The notes under the pieces: generated by a model
The model's database searches: none
Told to the model about the DNA's origin: nothing
The model's input: the letters and a program-made list of their open reading frames with translations, nothing else
Shown here: one piece after another, positions 24,456 to 36,793 of the stretch
Position numbering within the stretch: position 1 is the first letter of the stretch
Layout of the letters: each line of letters starts with the position of its first letter
Source: Macrostomum lignano
Taxonomy: Eukaryota
Reading direction: 5' to 3'
NCBI GenBank assembly: GCA_002269645.1
Contig: NIVC01000130.1
Location: forward strand, 310,001-374,000
DNA: 64,000 nt
Position numbers and translations under genes: made by a program

Positions 24456-27214
24456 GAATAGTCAAACGACATATCATGTTCTGATTTATGTTTAAACAAA
24501 AAGAAAGAAATTTATGAAGTTTAAAAGCAATAAAATGAAAGCAATGCCTAGAGTTGATTCTAGCAAAAATGCACTTGGTCCCCCTTTGATTTTTTCAGGT
24601 CTCCATCTAAGAGGGAGGGGGCGACCGCCACCCTCCCCCTGGTTGCGCTTGTTAAGGTCTAGTCTAGTCAATGTCAATAATGTACCATAGAAGCACTATT
24701 TTATTGTTTAATTATTTTAATCTACCAAATTCTCCTTTGTAAAGTAATATTAAACTAGAACAAACAAAAGTACTTTCGTACTCAAAAACATTAAGAAGTA
24801 TTAAGAAGGGGGTCCACCAAACACTAGCCACAACAACAAACTTATAGTTTTTCATTTTAATGACTTCAATTCTTATACAATCTATACTCTATGACTACTT
24901 TTGTTGTATTACTAAAGGTACTCCAATAATTAAGAGTAGAATAATAGGCAAAATTTTATATTCTACCTAGTATTAAACTTGTCTTAATGCTTAATTTAAT
25001 CACTAGTAAAAATGTAATTTAGCATGCATATTTCTGGCCTATTTAAAAAATTCAGCTGGTCCAGAACTTTTTGAAACTTGTATATCTGTTTTGAATCTGA
25101 TAAGCAGACTGAATTAAGTATTAAAAAACAAGTAAGTTTAGAAAATATACTGATATGAAGAACAACTTAAAAAATTGCAATGCAATGGTCTGGCCCATCC
25201 TATTAGAAATTTCAAATTTACTATCTGCATACAATGTCTATTGATTGGCAATCTTGAGATTAAGTAGTAGTAGTAGTGAGTTTGGCTCAGGCAAAAAGCC
25301 TGTTTGGCCAGATTATAATTCGATGCATTTAATAGTAATTCAACAGGAAGCCAGGAGGGTACATTTAGTATGAGCAGGAGTTTTGAAAAAAAAATATAGT
25401 ATTTGAAATAGCGGCTAAAAAAAATTTCTGCTAATTTTCGAACGAACTTTAACAGCTAACGAAACGAAAGAGTATTTAAGTAAGGAATTATAAAACAAGT
25501 ACTGTATGACCGTGATGGAGAGCAATTCATCTAATAGGTCATAGGTGGTTAAAATAAGTACATTAGATATTAATCAGTCTATATCAGGCATCGAGTGTAA
25601 AGATTGCTGGCAATATTACTGTATTAGGCTTTTAAGAATTGCGATAAGCAATTGCATCGGTATTTGTACATGAAAATAGGCAGGAGAATGTAAAATGGAG
25701 ATGTAGCAAACGGAAAATCGCAACGGATTCGATTGGTGTAAGACGTAGCAACAGCATTGTAACACACTGGGTTTGTCTAAGTTTTCATGTTTGTTGTGGC
25801 CAAAGATTATTTATGAGTTTATAAATCTTCTCAATAGCTAGCAGGTCTTCTTTAGTTTTGTTTTCATTTGTAGCATAGCCTAAGCTGTAGAAATGTTTTG
25901 TGCTCAGATGGCTTTGGCTAAAGTATTTGTTTCTGATTTCTAGCACGGCAGCACATTCGGTTACATAGTGTAAAATATAGTTTCCTGAATCTGTCAAAAA
26001 TATAACTAAATAGAAAATAGAATAAACCTTGAAAAAAAAACAATAGTAAAAAACTAATAAAAAAGAGAAATGTATCAACTGCTGCAAATAATTGTTTTTA
26101 CACTACCAAGTTGAAATCGTTCTTAAACAACAACGTATTAGGACAGTAAAACAAGTAAAGTGTTTAGAATTATTAGATAAGGCAATAAATCAATCCATTC
26201 ATGCATAAAATAAATCTCATTATTTATTTCTATTTTAGGGCTTATGTAAAAACACAATTTGCTACTCTTGTCTTAATAATAGGAACTAAGCCTCTAATAG
26301 GAACTGCTTGTAATTGTAGCAGAGCAGGAACATCTCTTCTCAGAATATATATACGGCGATAAGTTTGTATCGATCGGCGCTGTCAAAAGAGCAGATAGGC
26401 CTCATCATTATGCGGTTGCGATGAGATCGCAGTGCCGATATATATTTTTATTAGTTGTCCTAGTATCTGCTACAACTGCACCCCACATATATTCTAGCAC
26501 TGCTTGTAAGTATCTGACATCTAGATATGCATAGCAATTAAATTTAAATTAGGCTAGTAAAAAGAGAGTATTAAGGCAGTAGTGGCAGTAGTGGCCGCAT
26601 GCATATCTAGGTTATTACTACATACATGTAGTGGGTAAGTGCCTATCCCAGGGCTATGCAAAAGCCAACTTAGGGCTTAGGCCCATTTAACCAAAGCAAA
26701 TTCAGTAATAATAATCAATTCTTTATTAAACCTACCTTGTTCGGCTTGTTGGGCAAATATGCAATTGACAGCTTAGCCACAGGGCGCATGACTAAGACTG
26801 CTACACACCAAGACCACCACAGCTATTACTGGCTACTGGTATTGAGGGGGAGCTACCAATCTTCTAGCATTGCTATTCCTCTCATAGGTTCTTTTCTCAC
26901 TCCTGGCTCTCCTACCCACTCATCCCCTCTCTAGCACCATCTAATAACACATAAATTCAAATTTCTCCTTTAGCTCCCCACTAGCAATCTAGCGCCCCCC
27001 TTCGGGGTGGCCAATATGCAAGGGACGAATCCTTTAAAATGAAAAAAAATTCTTAGGGAAGGGGGGCTAGGAATCGAATTCTCATTTTAATTCTAGGCTT
27101 ATGTACCAATAAAACATGCTTGTGCAGAATTTTATAACAGACATTGAAATTCAACCATACTTGCTTTCTTTCAGAGCTATTTCTACCAGTATGCTTCAGT
27201 ACGCTACCAGTACC

Positions 27215-28160
27215 CTTGTAAGGCTTGACATGTCAGCAATCCCCCCCACAAGCCTTAACATATCAACTCCCCCCTTGATATCTCAGTGATGCTCCCATAA
27301 GCCTTGAAATCTTAAAAAATCTGTCTACTTTCTAACCCTAACCCTAACCCTAAAGCATTGAAATTTCAGTAATTCTCTCTAAGAGTCATTATAGCACTAC
27401 TACAGCATTATAGCAATTCCCTGCAAGCCTCGACATCGTAGGGATTCCCAAATGAATCTCTTAACTTCGACATGAAGCTTCTTTTATTTTTTACATTACG
27501 CTTTTTCTATCAGCGATCCCGTGAGGAGCCAACAAATAATGTAATAACTTTTTTTTCCAATAAACTACATATAGCTTCTGACATTAGCCTTGACATCTCA
27601 TTTATTCCCCCGTGAGCCTTGACATCTCAGCTATAGATAGATAGATAGATAGATAGATTCCCCTCGTAAGCCTTGACATATCAGCGATGCCCCCCATAAA
27701 CCTTGAAATCTAAAAAATCCCCTGTTAACCTTGAAACCCGCTAAAATCTAACCCTCAACCCAAACCTGTCGTAAACCTAACTTTCACCCAACCTAAAGCC
27801 TTGAAATCACAGCAATTCTTCTTCCCTAAGCCTTGGCATTTAAGTGATTCCTTCTTTAAGAATCACAGCACTATAACGATTCCCTCCAAGCTTTGACATC
27901 GTAGCAATTCCCAAATGAATCTTTTAACTTTGACATGACTTTTATTTTATGTATACATAGTGCTCCTTTTATTTTTACATGACTCTTCTTCTATCAGCGC
28001 CCCCCCACCGTGGCAAGCCAACAAAGAATACAATAAAAAAACTTAAGTAAAGTACATGTACTTTGAAGTAGCTTCTGACTTTTGCTTTAACATCTCAGAA
28101 ACCCCCCTGTAATCTCAGTTATTCTCTGTGAGCCTTGACGTCTCAGTAATTCTCCCCAGC
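27215..28160. repeat. Degenerate repeat cluster with a ~470-bp internal duplication and a short (CCCTAA)3 tract
   Basis: Recurrent GCCTTGACAT motif; 27380-27530 resembles 27858-28000; telomere-like hexamers near 27333-27353. Confidence 0.6.
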
Positions 28161-28189
28161 ACAACACTATAGCTTCATTTAATTTTTAT

Positions 28190-28612
28190 ATGACACTTCT
28201 TTCATGTCTGACATGACGCTTCTTTCTATTTTTACATTATGCTTCTTTTATTCTTCCATGATGCTTCTTAATTTTTTAAATGACACTTTCATTAGTTTTT
28301 ATATGATGCTTCTATGATTTTTACATGACGCTTCTATGATTTTTTCATGACGCTTCTATGATTGTTTACATGACGCTTGTATGATTGTTTACATGACGCT
28401 TCTATGATTTTTTTATGACGCTTTTATGATTTTAACATGACACTTCTATGATTTTTTTACATGACGCTTCTATGATTGTTTACATGACGCTTGTATGATT
28501 GTTTACATGACGCTTTTATGATTTTAACATCACGCTTCTATGATTGCTTGCATGACGCTTCTATGATTTTTTACATGACAATTCTATGATTTTTTACATG
28601 ACGCTTCCATAA
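28190..28612. repeat. 22-bp minisatellite
   Basis: Unit TTTTACATGACGCTTCTATGAT. Confidence 0.9.
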
Positions 28613-28649
28613 TTTTTTTTTGTCTTGGCGTTAAAAAGCTTTAATTAAA

Positions 28650-28740
28650 AAAACTCTACTCTCTAAAAATTCAAACCATTGTCCCTGCATTTAGCAGTTT
28701 AGTCTGTTTACCTCTAGGCTAGCTCTCATGAATTTTAGTC
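28650..28740 (-). pseudogene. Degenerate tRNA-like (Pol III A/B box) head, copy 1
   Basis: Minus strand TAGCCTAGAGG (A-box-like) and GGTTTGAAT (decayed B box); homologous to 30425-30500. Confidence 0.45.
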
Positions 28741-28769
28741 ATTACCCCTAAATAGAAAATATTCCCAAG

Positions 28770-29010
28770 ACAGCAAGCATCCCCCCAGTAGCAAGCATCC
28801 ACCCAGATAGCAAGCATCTGCAGATAGCAAGCATCTTGCAGATAGCAAGCATCTTGCAGATAGCAAGCATCTTGCAGATAGCAAGCATACCCCAAATAAT
28901 GTAGAAGCATCCTTCCAGATAGCAAGCATCCCCTAAATAATGTAGAAGCATCCTTTCAGATAGCAAGCATCCTGCTCATAGCAAGAATCCCTAAATAGCA
29001 AGCATCCCTG
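28770..29010. repeat. 18-bp minisatellite
   Basis: Unit CTTGCAGATAGCAAGCAT. Confidence 0.9.
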
Positions 29011-29342
29011 GATAGAAATAATCCTATACATGTAGCCAAGCTTATCAAGCACAGTAATCCTTGGCTATCGAGTGTAGTAATCCTTGGTTGATTAATAGCA
29101 ATAATCCATGGCTTATCGAGTGCAGTAATTCTTGGTTTGCCAAGTGCAGTAAGTAATCCTTGGTTTATTAATAGCAATAATCCTTGGCTTATCGAGTGCA
29201 GTAATCCTTGGTTTATTAATAGCAATAATCCTTGGCTTATCGAGTGCAGTAATCCTTGGTTTATTAATAGCAATAATCCTTGATAAATCAAGTGCAGTAA
29301 TACTTGGTTTGCCAAGAGCAATAGTCCTTGGTTTATTGAGTG

Positions 29343-29607
29343 CCCTATTGCAGCGCATGGCTTAAGTACGCCAGACGCCTACACAACCTGCGCCACGCTG
29401 TGAAATGACTTACCTGTAAAAGAAACCCTAAAGCAAAATTAACGCAGTTTTGGGTAAACGGCAGGAGTAACTATGACTGTCTTATCAAGCCTAAATGCCT
29501 CGGCATCTAATTAGTACCGCGCCACGCCGTACTAATCGCCCCGCGCCGCGCCGTATTAGATCCGCGCTGGACGCCGTCCACCAAAATGCCCATGCGCTGC
29601 AATCAGG
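29343..29607. mobile_element. 265-bp MITE with ~18-bp TIRs and 8-bp TSD, copy 1
   Basis: TIR CCCTATTGCAGCGCATGG / CCATGCGCTGCAATCAGG (14-bp perfect core); TSD ATTGAGTG at 29335-29342 and 29608-29615; empty site TTATTGAGTGCAGT near 30216. Confidence 0.85.
29452..29522 (+). pseudogene. 28S rRNA-derived fragment (R2 target region) inside MITE copy 1
   Basis: GGGTAAACGGCAGGAGTAACTATGACTGTCTTATCAAGCCTAAATGCCTCGGCATCTAATTAGTACCGCGC versus the conserved eukaryotic LSU GGGTAAACGGCGGGAGTAACTATGACTCTCTTAAGGTAGCCAAATGCCTCGTCATCTAATTAGTGACGCGC (recalled). Confidence 0.85.
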
Positions 29608-29807
29608 ATTGAGTGCAGTAATTCTTGGTTTATTAATAGCAATAATCCTTGGCTTATCGAGTGCAGTAATCCTTGGTTTATTAATAGCAATAATCCTTGG
29701 CTTATCGAGTGCAGTAATCCTTGGTTTATTAATAGCAATAATCCTTGATAAATCAAGTGCAGTAATACTTGGTTTGCCAAGAGCAATAGTCCTTGGTTTA
29801 TTGAGTG

Positions 29808-30071
29808 CCCTATTGCAGCGCATGGCTTAAGTACGCCAGACGCCTACACAACCTGCGCCACGCTGTGAAATGACTTACCTGTAAAAGAAACCCTAAAGCA
29901 AAATTAACGCAGTTTTGGGTAAACGGCAGGAGTAACTATGACTGTCTTATCAAGCCTAAATGCCTCGGCATCTAATTAGTACCGCGCCACGCCGTACTAA
30001 TCGCCCGCGCCGCGCCGTATTAGATCCGCGCTGGACGCCGTCCACCAAAATGCCCATGCGCTGCAATCAGG
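29808..30071. mobile_element. 264-bp MITE, copy 2 (from a 465-bp tandem duplication)
   Basis: Same TIRs, TSD and flanks as copy 1; one C shorter. Confidence 0.85.
29917..29987 (+). pseudogene. 28S rRNA-derived fragment inside MITE copy 2
   Basis: Identical to 29452-29522. Confidence 0.85.
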
Positions 30072-30424
30072 ATTGAGTGCAGTAATTCTTGGTTTATTAA
30101 TAGCAATAATCCTTGGCTTATCGAGTGCAGTAATCCTTGGTTTATTAATAGCAATAATCCTTGATAAATCAAGTGCAGTAATACTTGGTTTGCCAAGAGC
30201 AATAGTCCTTGGTTTATTGAGTGCAGTAATCCTTGGTTTATTAATAACAATAGTCCTTGGTTTATTGAGTGCAGTAATCCTTGGTTTATTAATAGCAATA
30301 ATCCTTGGCTTATCGAGTGCAGTAATCCTTGGTTTGCCAAGAGCAATAATCCTTAGCTTATCGAGTGCAGTAATCTAAGTGTTTTTATTTAGTCCTTTAA
30401 TAAAAGCTTTTAATAAAAAATTTT

Positions 30425-30500
30425 ACACTACTACTTAGATTCGAACCCAGGTCGCTGCATTAGCAGTCTGGTCTGTTCAGCTCTAGGCTAGCTCTCATCA
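30425..30500 (-). pseudogene. tRNA-like (Pol III A/B box) head, copy 2
   Basis: Minus strand TAGCCTAGAGC...GACTGCTAAT (GCT anticodon-loop-like)...GGGTTCGAATC, followed by a T run. Confidence 0.55.
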
Positions 30501-30683
30501 AAGTTATCAGTGAATTTGTACCACTTATATAATTCAACACTCACACCAAGTCAGGTAGAGTAAAAAGTCACACGAAGCAGTTATGACATAATCAATTTCT
30601 TAGGCAAGTCAGTACTAGTGTCTATGAAAGCTAACAATATGGTTACGTAATATAAATTCAGTACTGCACTATGCTTTCACACA

Positions 30684-31046
30684 GGGGGGCCGTAGCCCAG
30701 CGGTAGCGCAGCTGCTCTGGTGTGCCAGCGACCCAGGCTCAATTCCAAATGCAGTCACATTAATTTGGGGCTGAATTGGAATCTCGGCTTGGCTCTGCTC
30801 ATGCAATTAATGGCCTTGAGAGCCAACCCCCCAAGGTGCAGTGAAGTGTACATGCCTAATGATAATATAAAGTTAGGGCTGCTGTACACTCCTGTGTGAG
30901 TGTGTGCCTGCGTAACGTATCCGCGCGCTTGTATGCCTGCTCAGGGGAGTTGGCGGAATGGGCAGTAATGCCTCTCACCGGTTGTGTGCCCATGTCGCTT
31001 AAAGTGCGCCAGGGTGCACACAACCCCCCTGCCTCTATAAAAAAAA
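30684..31046 (+). mobile_element. tRNA-derived SINE-like element
   Basis: GGGGCCGTAGCCCAGCGGTAG (A box) and GGCTCAATTCC (decayed B box), ~300-nt body, short A tail; 3' end approximate. Confidence 0.55.
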
Positions 31047-31289
31047 TGCTTTCACACTCAAAGCTGTGACGCAATTCAATTGAGTGTCAAATTCAGCCAG
31101 TACACAGACAATAAATAAAGTGTATTGTGATGCAATCTATTTCAGAATCAGAATTCAACCAGTCAGTTTTTTCTCTAGCATTTTTACAGTGCGTTTCAAG
31201 TCAAAATAGCTGCTTGACCTTTGCAAAAAAAGCATGTTTTTCGAATATTTAATCCCTTTAGCATCAAGCAATTTCTTAGCCACAATGCA

Positions 31290-31367
31290 TGTACCATCAT
31301 GGAAAAATTTCTGATTGAATGGTGCAAGTTCAAAGAAAATCGGTTGAGCCGTTTTTGCTAAAATCGA

Positions 31368-31431
<64 letters not shown>

Positions 31432-31475
31432 CGACAGACCATTTTTAGTATATGGAAGTTTTGATTTTTAGTATA
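31290..31475 (+). mobile_element. Possible non-autonomous Helitron/Helentron-type fragment with an internal (CA)n
   Basis: AAAATCGGTTGAGCCGTTTT, then (CA)n at 31369-31430, then GACAGAC...TTTAGTATAT, the layout recalled for DINE/HINE-like elements. Confidence 0.4.
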
Positions 31476-31859
31476 ATGGAAGTGTGGCGGTCTTGGTGTA
31501 TGGCGGTCTTGGTCCTACACCAGCCACAGGGCCACAACTATTGTGTGGCATATCTAAAGGCTACATATAGATGGCTATTCAGTCCAAGGACTAGGGGGTT
31601 GCTATAGACACATCCTCAATTACTTTAGCTAATAAATATAGGGCTTAGTTTATAGTTTGAATTGTGCCAGGGCCCTGGGTCTAGTGGTGGGAAAATTATA
31701 TGACCTTGTTTATACAATGACTAGGTATTTTATCAACTGGCATTTTGTCAACTAGTATTTTGTTGCTATATAATTGTAATTAGTTAGTAGGCAGGGTAAA
31801 ACCATTTCCTGCAACTGTTGCAACCCAGTCTATCATTACTATCATTGATAGGCCTAGGC

Positions 31860-32700
31860 CGTACCCTTTTGGCAAACAGGACATTTTGGAACTTGCCAAT
31901 GCTCACAATGGCATTGTTCAATTGTATGATGTAACCATAAGGCAATCATTTAACTAGATAAGCTAGTGGAAACAAAAAAATGGCTTACTAACTTATTCAA
32001 CAAGAGCAGCAGTCATACAATGAGTTCATTCAAGTGGCTACCAAATCTCACAAGCCCAGAAACATAGAACAAAGAAAAACATTGAAACAATAAAAGAAAC
32101 TATATAGGCCTATAATATCCAAGAAAGTCAATTGCAAAATGTTTTGTCTAAAATTCCAATTGCCACAACTCCACAACAACTATCTCAGCAACCTCAACCA
32201 TCTCAACCATCCCAGCAATCTTAACAACCTTAAAAGCTAAGTGACTCATAAGTTTTTGGTCCAGTAAGGGAGCAAGCAGCTGGCAGGTTTAAATATGTCT
32301 ATGAATTAGCAAATAGCAAGAAAAAATTACTAATCAACCAGCGGACTATCACTTAGAAGTTACAAGGCAAAGTAAATCAGTCATTAAAGATCAAAATTCT
32401 AAACAAATCCCTTTCACTAAAACTTTACTTGACTATATGACTAAAAATCAGGACAAAATATCTGAGAAGCAGTTAAATAATTACAAAGATCTAGTTACCT
32501 TAACTTTAGAAAAAGACATAGATATTCTCAAGAACCCAGAAGTTTTAATCCCAAACTCTTCAAACCCAATCTCAAATTTAGACTCCTCAAAAGAAACATG
32601 TAAGAGGCTTTTGTTACCTACATATATTTTAGAAATCCCATTTATGCAACCAAAGTTGGTGTAGATGCTCTTCTCTCAATTATTACTTAATCCTATAGCT
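31860..32700 (+). mobile_element. Heavily decayed gag-like remnant (possibly DIRS/Ngaro type)
   Basis: ILELANAHNGIVQLYDVTIRQSFN*IS*W resembles a YDxxxR...W motif, followed by a Q/P-rich tract; many stops. Confidence 0.25.
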
Positions 32701-33619
32701 GACACCAAAGTTAGGGCTAATTTCTATCCTCTGAGATGATCTTACTGTCATCAATTATGTACTTTTATGAATGTACTTAATGCCTATACTAATGTACTTA
32801 TATATGTTAGTAAGCATATGTACTTAGACTAGTAGCATTGTATGTAAAATTGGTAGCATGTATAATTATTTATTGGCCTGAGCAATCTAATGGCATTGTC
32901 TACCCTATTCTTTATGTACTCTTTTTTACTCTATATAGAGAATAATTCTTATAGAGAAAAATTCTCTATTTATTCTCTATACTCTATTTTAGAGGAGGGT
33001 CACAGAGGAGGATCTACCCTTTGGTAGGTGTTCTGCCTTCTAAGGCAATTTATTGCTCTAGGGGCCTAAGGTGATCTTCTTCCTATTACTAAGTAATTCT
33101 CGCTTTCAATGGATTTTTGATACTTCCAAATTGGGGCTCTAAAAACAAATCCTTTAAGTCTTAAGTTTAAGTAAGTAAAAAAATGTCTTTGAAGTACTGC
33201 CAATAGCAATTTTATATGCAAGCAATTGTATTAATTTGCTAGTTTGTGAAAAGGAGCAAGTCTAATGCTTGAGCTCAAGTTGCTCTTCTTGGCCTGCTCT
33301 GGGCTTCTATTTATACTAAAATTCTTTACCATTTATAACAAAGATCAGGAAGAACATCAGGAAGTGCAATTTAATAAGGCAATAGAAAGCATAAAAGTCA
33401 GATAGATTTCATAAAACTATATGTGCAATATAAAAGAAAGGTAACTAATAGCTAAAAACATTTAAGCACGCTGAGAAATGAAGTCATTTCAGTTTAGTAC
33501 CACATTAGGCAAAACAACAAAGAAAATTCTAGGTAAAAATAGCTAACACAATATAACTAAGGCAATTGAATTTAATATGTAAAATGTTGCAAATGCTAGT
33601 TAATCAGTTCGTAAAAGCA

Positions 33620-34585
33620 ATTTCAAAAGTTACAGTTGCGAGGGAGATCTCGATACTCTAGCCAGCCTATCTGCATGAACAACCAGCGGATCTCAATGCC
33701 CAAGAGCTGGCGCTGGTTGATTGTGTAGCACAGGATGATGATTACCTCCTCTCGTGAGTAGCACGCTCGCAGCTGCCTCAGCCCAGGCCAGATATAGGCG
33801 CATTGCGGCAGCGCCTGATCTAGCCTTAGGTGGGCGATACTCAGCAGGTACACGCGGATACCGTGCGTAGTTCGTTCGAAAGGGGCGCCGTGCATTGACA
33901 TTAGATTTAGCGCCGCTTTACTCTTTCTCGCTCGGTACTCTTTCGCCTGCTGCTGCAGCTGAGGTGGGGGCGGCAGCTGTTGTAGGGGCTGGCGAGGCGG
34001 TGCTGACTGTTAGCAAGATGGCGACGGCTGACGGCGGGGCGGCAACTGCTGACGACAAGGCGGTGACTGCTGACCGCGGGGCAGCGACAGCTCACGGCGA
34101 GGCGTGACTGACAGCGCGGTGGAGGCAATTGGTGTCGTGTCCGTGGGCAGCCTGGAGCTGCCAGTTGAATGGTGCGCCTCCCTACTGTATCGCAGGAAGT
34201 CACCACTATCGATTTAATAGGAGCTCTAGCTTGAGCCTCCATGATGGCGGCTCTCTTAGCCGGAATCGTCTCCTTTGGTTGGTCTGTGGTTGGTGTTGGT
34301 GGTCTCTTGCTCGTTCCCGGCAAAGCTCTGGGCCGTGTCGGTAGCCTCAGCGGTGCCTCTTCCACTAGCTGACTCGCCGCGGGGGCTTCCTGCTGAATTG
34401 CTGGCGAAATGGGCTGAGCTGCTGGCGGAGGCCGAGCAGCTGGCGCTGGATCTGGCTGTTGGACTGCTGGTGGCGGAGACACAGGCCGAGCTGCTGGCGG
34501 CGCTGGCTGTTGAACTGCTGGTGGCGGAGCGTCCGGCGCAGCCTCTAATTCCATGGGATCGTCTAGCCCTAGCAGATCTTAACAA
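33620..34585 (-). pseudogene. Frameshifted Pro/Ala-rich ORF remnant, probably TE-derived
   Basis: GC/CpG-rich coding-like block (MELEAAPDAPPPAVQQP...; ...PAEYRPPKARSGAAAMRLYLAW...) broken by frameshifts and stops. Confidence 0.4.
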
Positions 34586-35059
34586 AATTATCTAGACTAT
34601 CTTCCTTGATGACTTCTTAAGCTTGACTGTGGGTTGACTTACTCTTGGCTAGGCAAGGTGTGATTGACAGGTCTGGGAAGTCGCAGGGGGTTCAATTATA
34701 TGGCTCGAAAACTGGACTGCATCTTTGTGTTCGCACGAGAGGGGGTTTTGCAAAATTTTTGCGAGCTCGCTCATGGGTTCGCACCGTTACTGAGCGTTGC
34801 TAAGATTTTTATGTGGAGTGGGTCTCGAATCTTTGCTGCACAATTCTCTAGGCTATACTGTTAGTAGTGCGCATAGCATTTTTATAATACTGTAGATGCA
34901 ATCGTAATACATTTTTGTTTTGTATTTTTATAACTTATGATTTTTACTTTCTGAGAGTTTCTTTATAATCTATGTACATATTTTTACATGGATTTAGCCT
35001 CATTACCTTCGATAGTGTGAGTATCGCCTCCGGGGAACAATGCCTGTGATGACTGAGTT

Positions 35060-35370
35060 CTCTCGGGGTCTCAAATTATAGCGTGGCCTTGGCTCGGCCT
35101 CGGCTTGATCATTCTCTAATGCGTCATCTCCTTCAGCTGGTTCAGTCTTTTCACTATCTGTTGACTCATCTTGTATCTCTCCTCCATTCTGCTCAATTTC
35201 CTCCTCATTTGGCTCGATTTCTATCGCTCTCCATTGGATTCTTTCGTCTTCCGAACTTTCGTCTAATATTACTGGTTCTAAAAGCCTTTCCTTCTTTCCT
35301 GTTTTCTTTTGTTGTTGCCTTCCTGGCTCTCTCTTTTTCTGTTGTTCTTTCTGCCTTCCCCTATTTGTAG
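35060..35370 (-). mobile_element. Possible C-terminal remnant of an LTR-retrotransposon pol
   Basis: Acidic tract ending EPRPRYNLRPR, a motif common at Gypsy-type integrase C-termini. Confidence 0.35.
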
Positions 35371-35384
35371 GTTCCGTCTCTTTG

Positions 35385-36075
35385 ATTAATAATTAAGTTA
35401 ATGATTTTCCACCTCTAATTAATAATTAAGTTGATGAATTTACACCTCTAATTAATAATTTAGTTGATGATTTTCCACCTCTAATTAATAATTAAGTTGA
35501 TGAATTTACACCTCTAATTAATAATTAAGTTAATGATTTTCCACCTCTAATTAATAATTAAGTTAATGATTTTCCACCTCTAATTAATAATTAAGTTGAT
35601 GAATTTACACCTCTAATTAATAATTAAGTTGATGAATTTCCACCTCTAATTAATAATTTAGTTGATGAATTTCCACCTCTAATTAATAATTAAGTTGATG
35701 ATTTTCCACCTCTAATTAATAATTAAGTTAATGATTTTCCACCTCTAATTAATAATTAAGTTGATGAATTTACACCTCTAATTAATAATTTAGTTGATGA
35801 TTTTCCACCTCTAATTAATAATTAAGTTGATGAATTTACACCTCTAATTAATAATTAAGTTAATGATTTTCCACCTCTAATTAATAATTAAGTTAATGAT
35901 TTTCCACCTCTAATTAATAATTAAGTTGATGAATTTACACCTCTAATTAATAATTAAGTTGATGAATTTCCACCTCTAATTAATAATTTAGTTGATGAAT
36001 TTCCACCTCTAATTAATAATTAAGTTGATGATTTTCCACCTCTAGTTAATAATTAAGTTGATGATTTTCCAACTC
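35385..36075. repeat. 33-bp AT-rich minisatellite
   Basis: Unit CCACCTCTAATTAATAATTAAGTTGATGATTTT. Confidence 0.95.
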
Positions 36076-36793
36076 TACCTTCCAAAATTACTCTGTTCTT
36101 AGGATCGGGCTGAATTTGGCCGCCATTGGGCTACCTTGTTTTCTCCGTAAGAACAGGGCTCTCTTTCAGTAGTCCAACGGTTAGAATTCCTTTCCAATTT
36201 GCAATATCCTTGAGAGAGGTCTTTAAAATGGTTAAACCATGCCTTTCTAAGCGGGATCAAGAAATTTCACTCAGTTTCTCAAATTAATTGGATTTTCTCT
36301 CTTTTAAAAGAGGATTTTTAATTTTCTCTGACAAATTTCATGCTTTAATTTTCCTCCATTTCTACTCAATAGTAACACACACGTATTCTAACTGCTTAAT
36401 TTTCGATGCGGAATTTTCTCACTTTTGCCTTTTCGCAAATTTCTCGCAATAATTTTCATCATGCTCTACTCAATTCGGTCACTCAGTAGCGATTTTGACA
36501 TTTTCAAGCTCTCGTTCGCACAGCCTCTCGAATTCTCATCTGTTTTTGCTCTTCACAGACTATCGCATTCTTTTAGAAAGCAATGAAGTCTTGTCTAAAG
36601 AGGGATACCAAAGGATAGCTGATCAGAATTTTCTGTTTTCTCACAATTGTCTCCTGTTTTCTCAATTCTCTGTGACTTCTGATTCTTTTTTTCGAATTCG
36701 CTTCATCACTTTTTCTCAACCAATTGCTTCAATCCTACTTGGCTACTTCTCTTCAATTCCTTCTTCTCGTCTCAATTATCTTCCAAATTCTCC

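Larger units (their letters stand above)
29040..30378. repeat. 24/48-bp minisatellite interrupted by two MITE copies
   Basis: Unit AGTGCAGTAATCCTTGGTTTATTAATAGCAATAATCCTTGGCTTATCG. Confidence 0.92.

Noticed and set aside
27333-27353. (CCCTAA)3 as a telomere or healed break
   Set aside because: Only three units embedded in other repeats
29452-29522. Functional rRNA gene or twister ribozyme
   Set aside because: Only 71 nt match LSU rRNA and the flanks do not; twister pseudoknot pairings were not found
29040-30378. Repeat array with inserted unique segments, superficially CRISPR-like
   Set aside because: Eukaryotic context, no cas genes; the inserts are identical to each other and carry TIRs and a TSD
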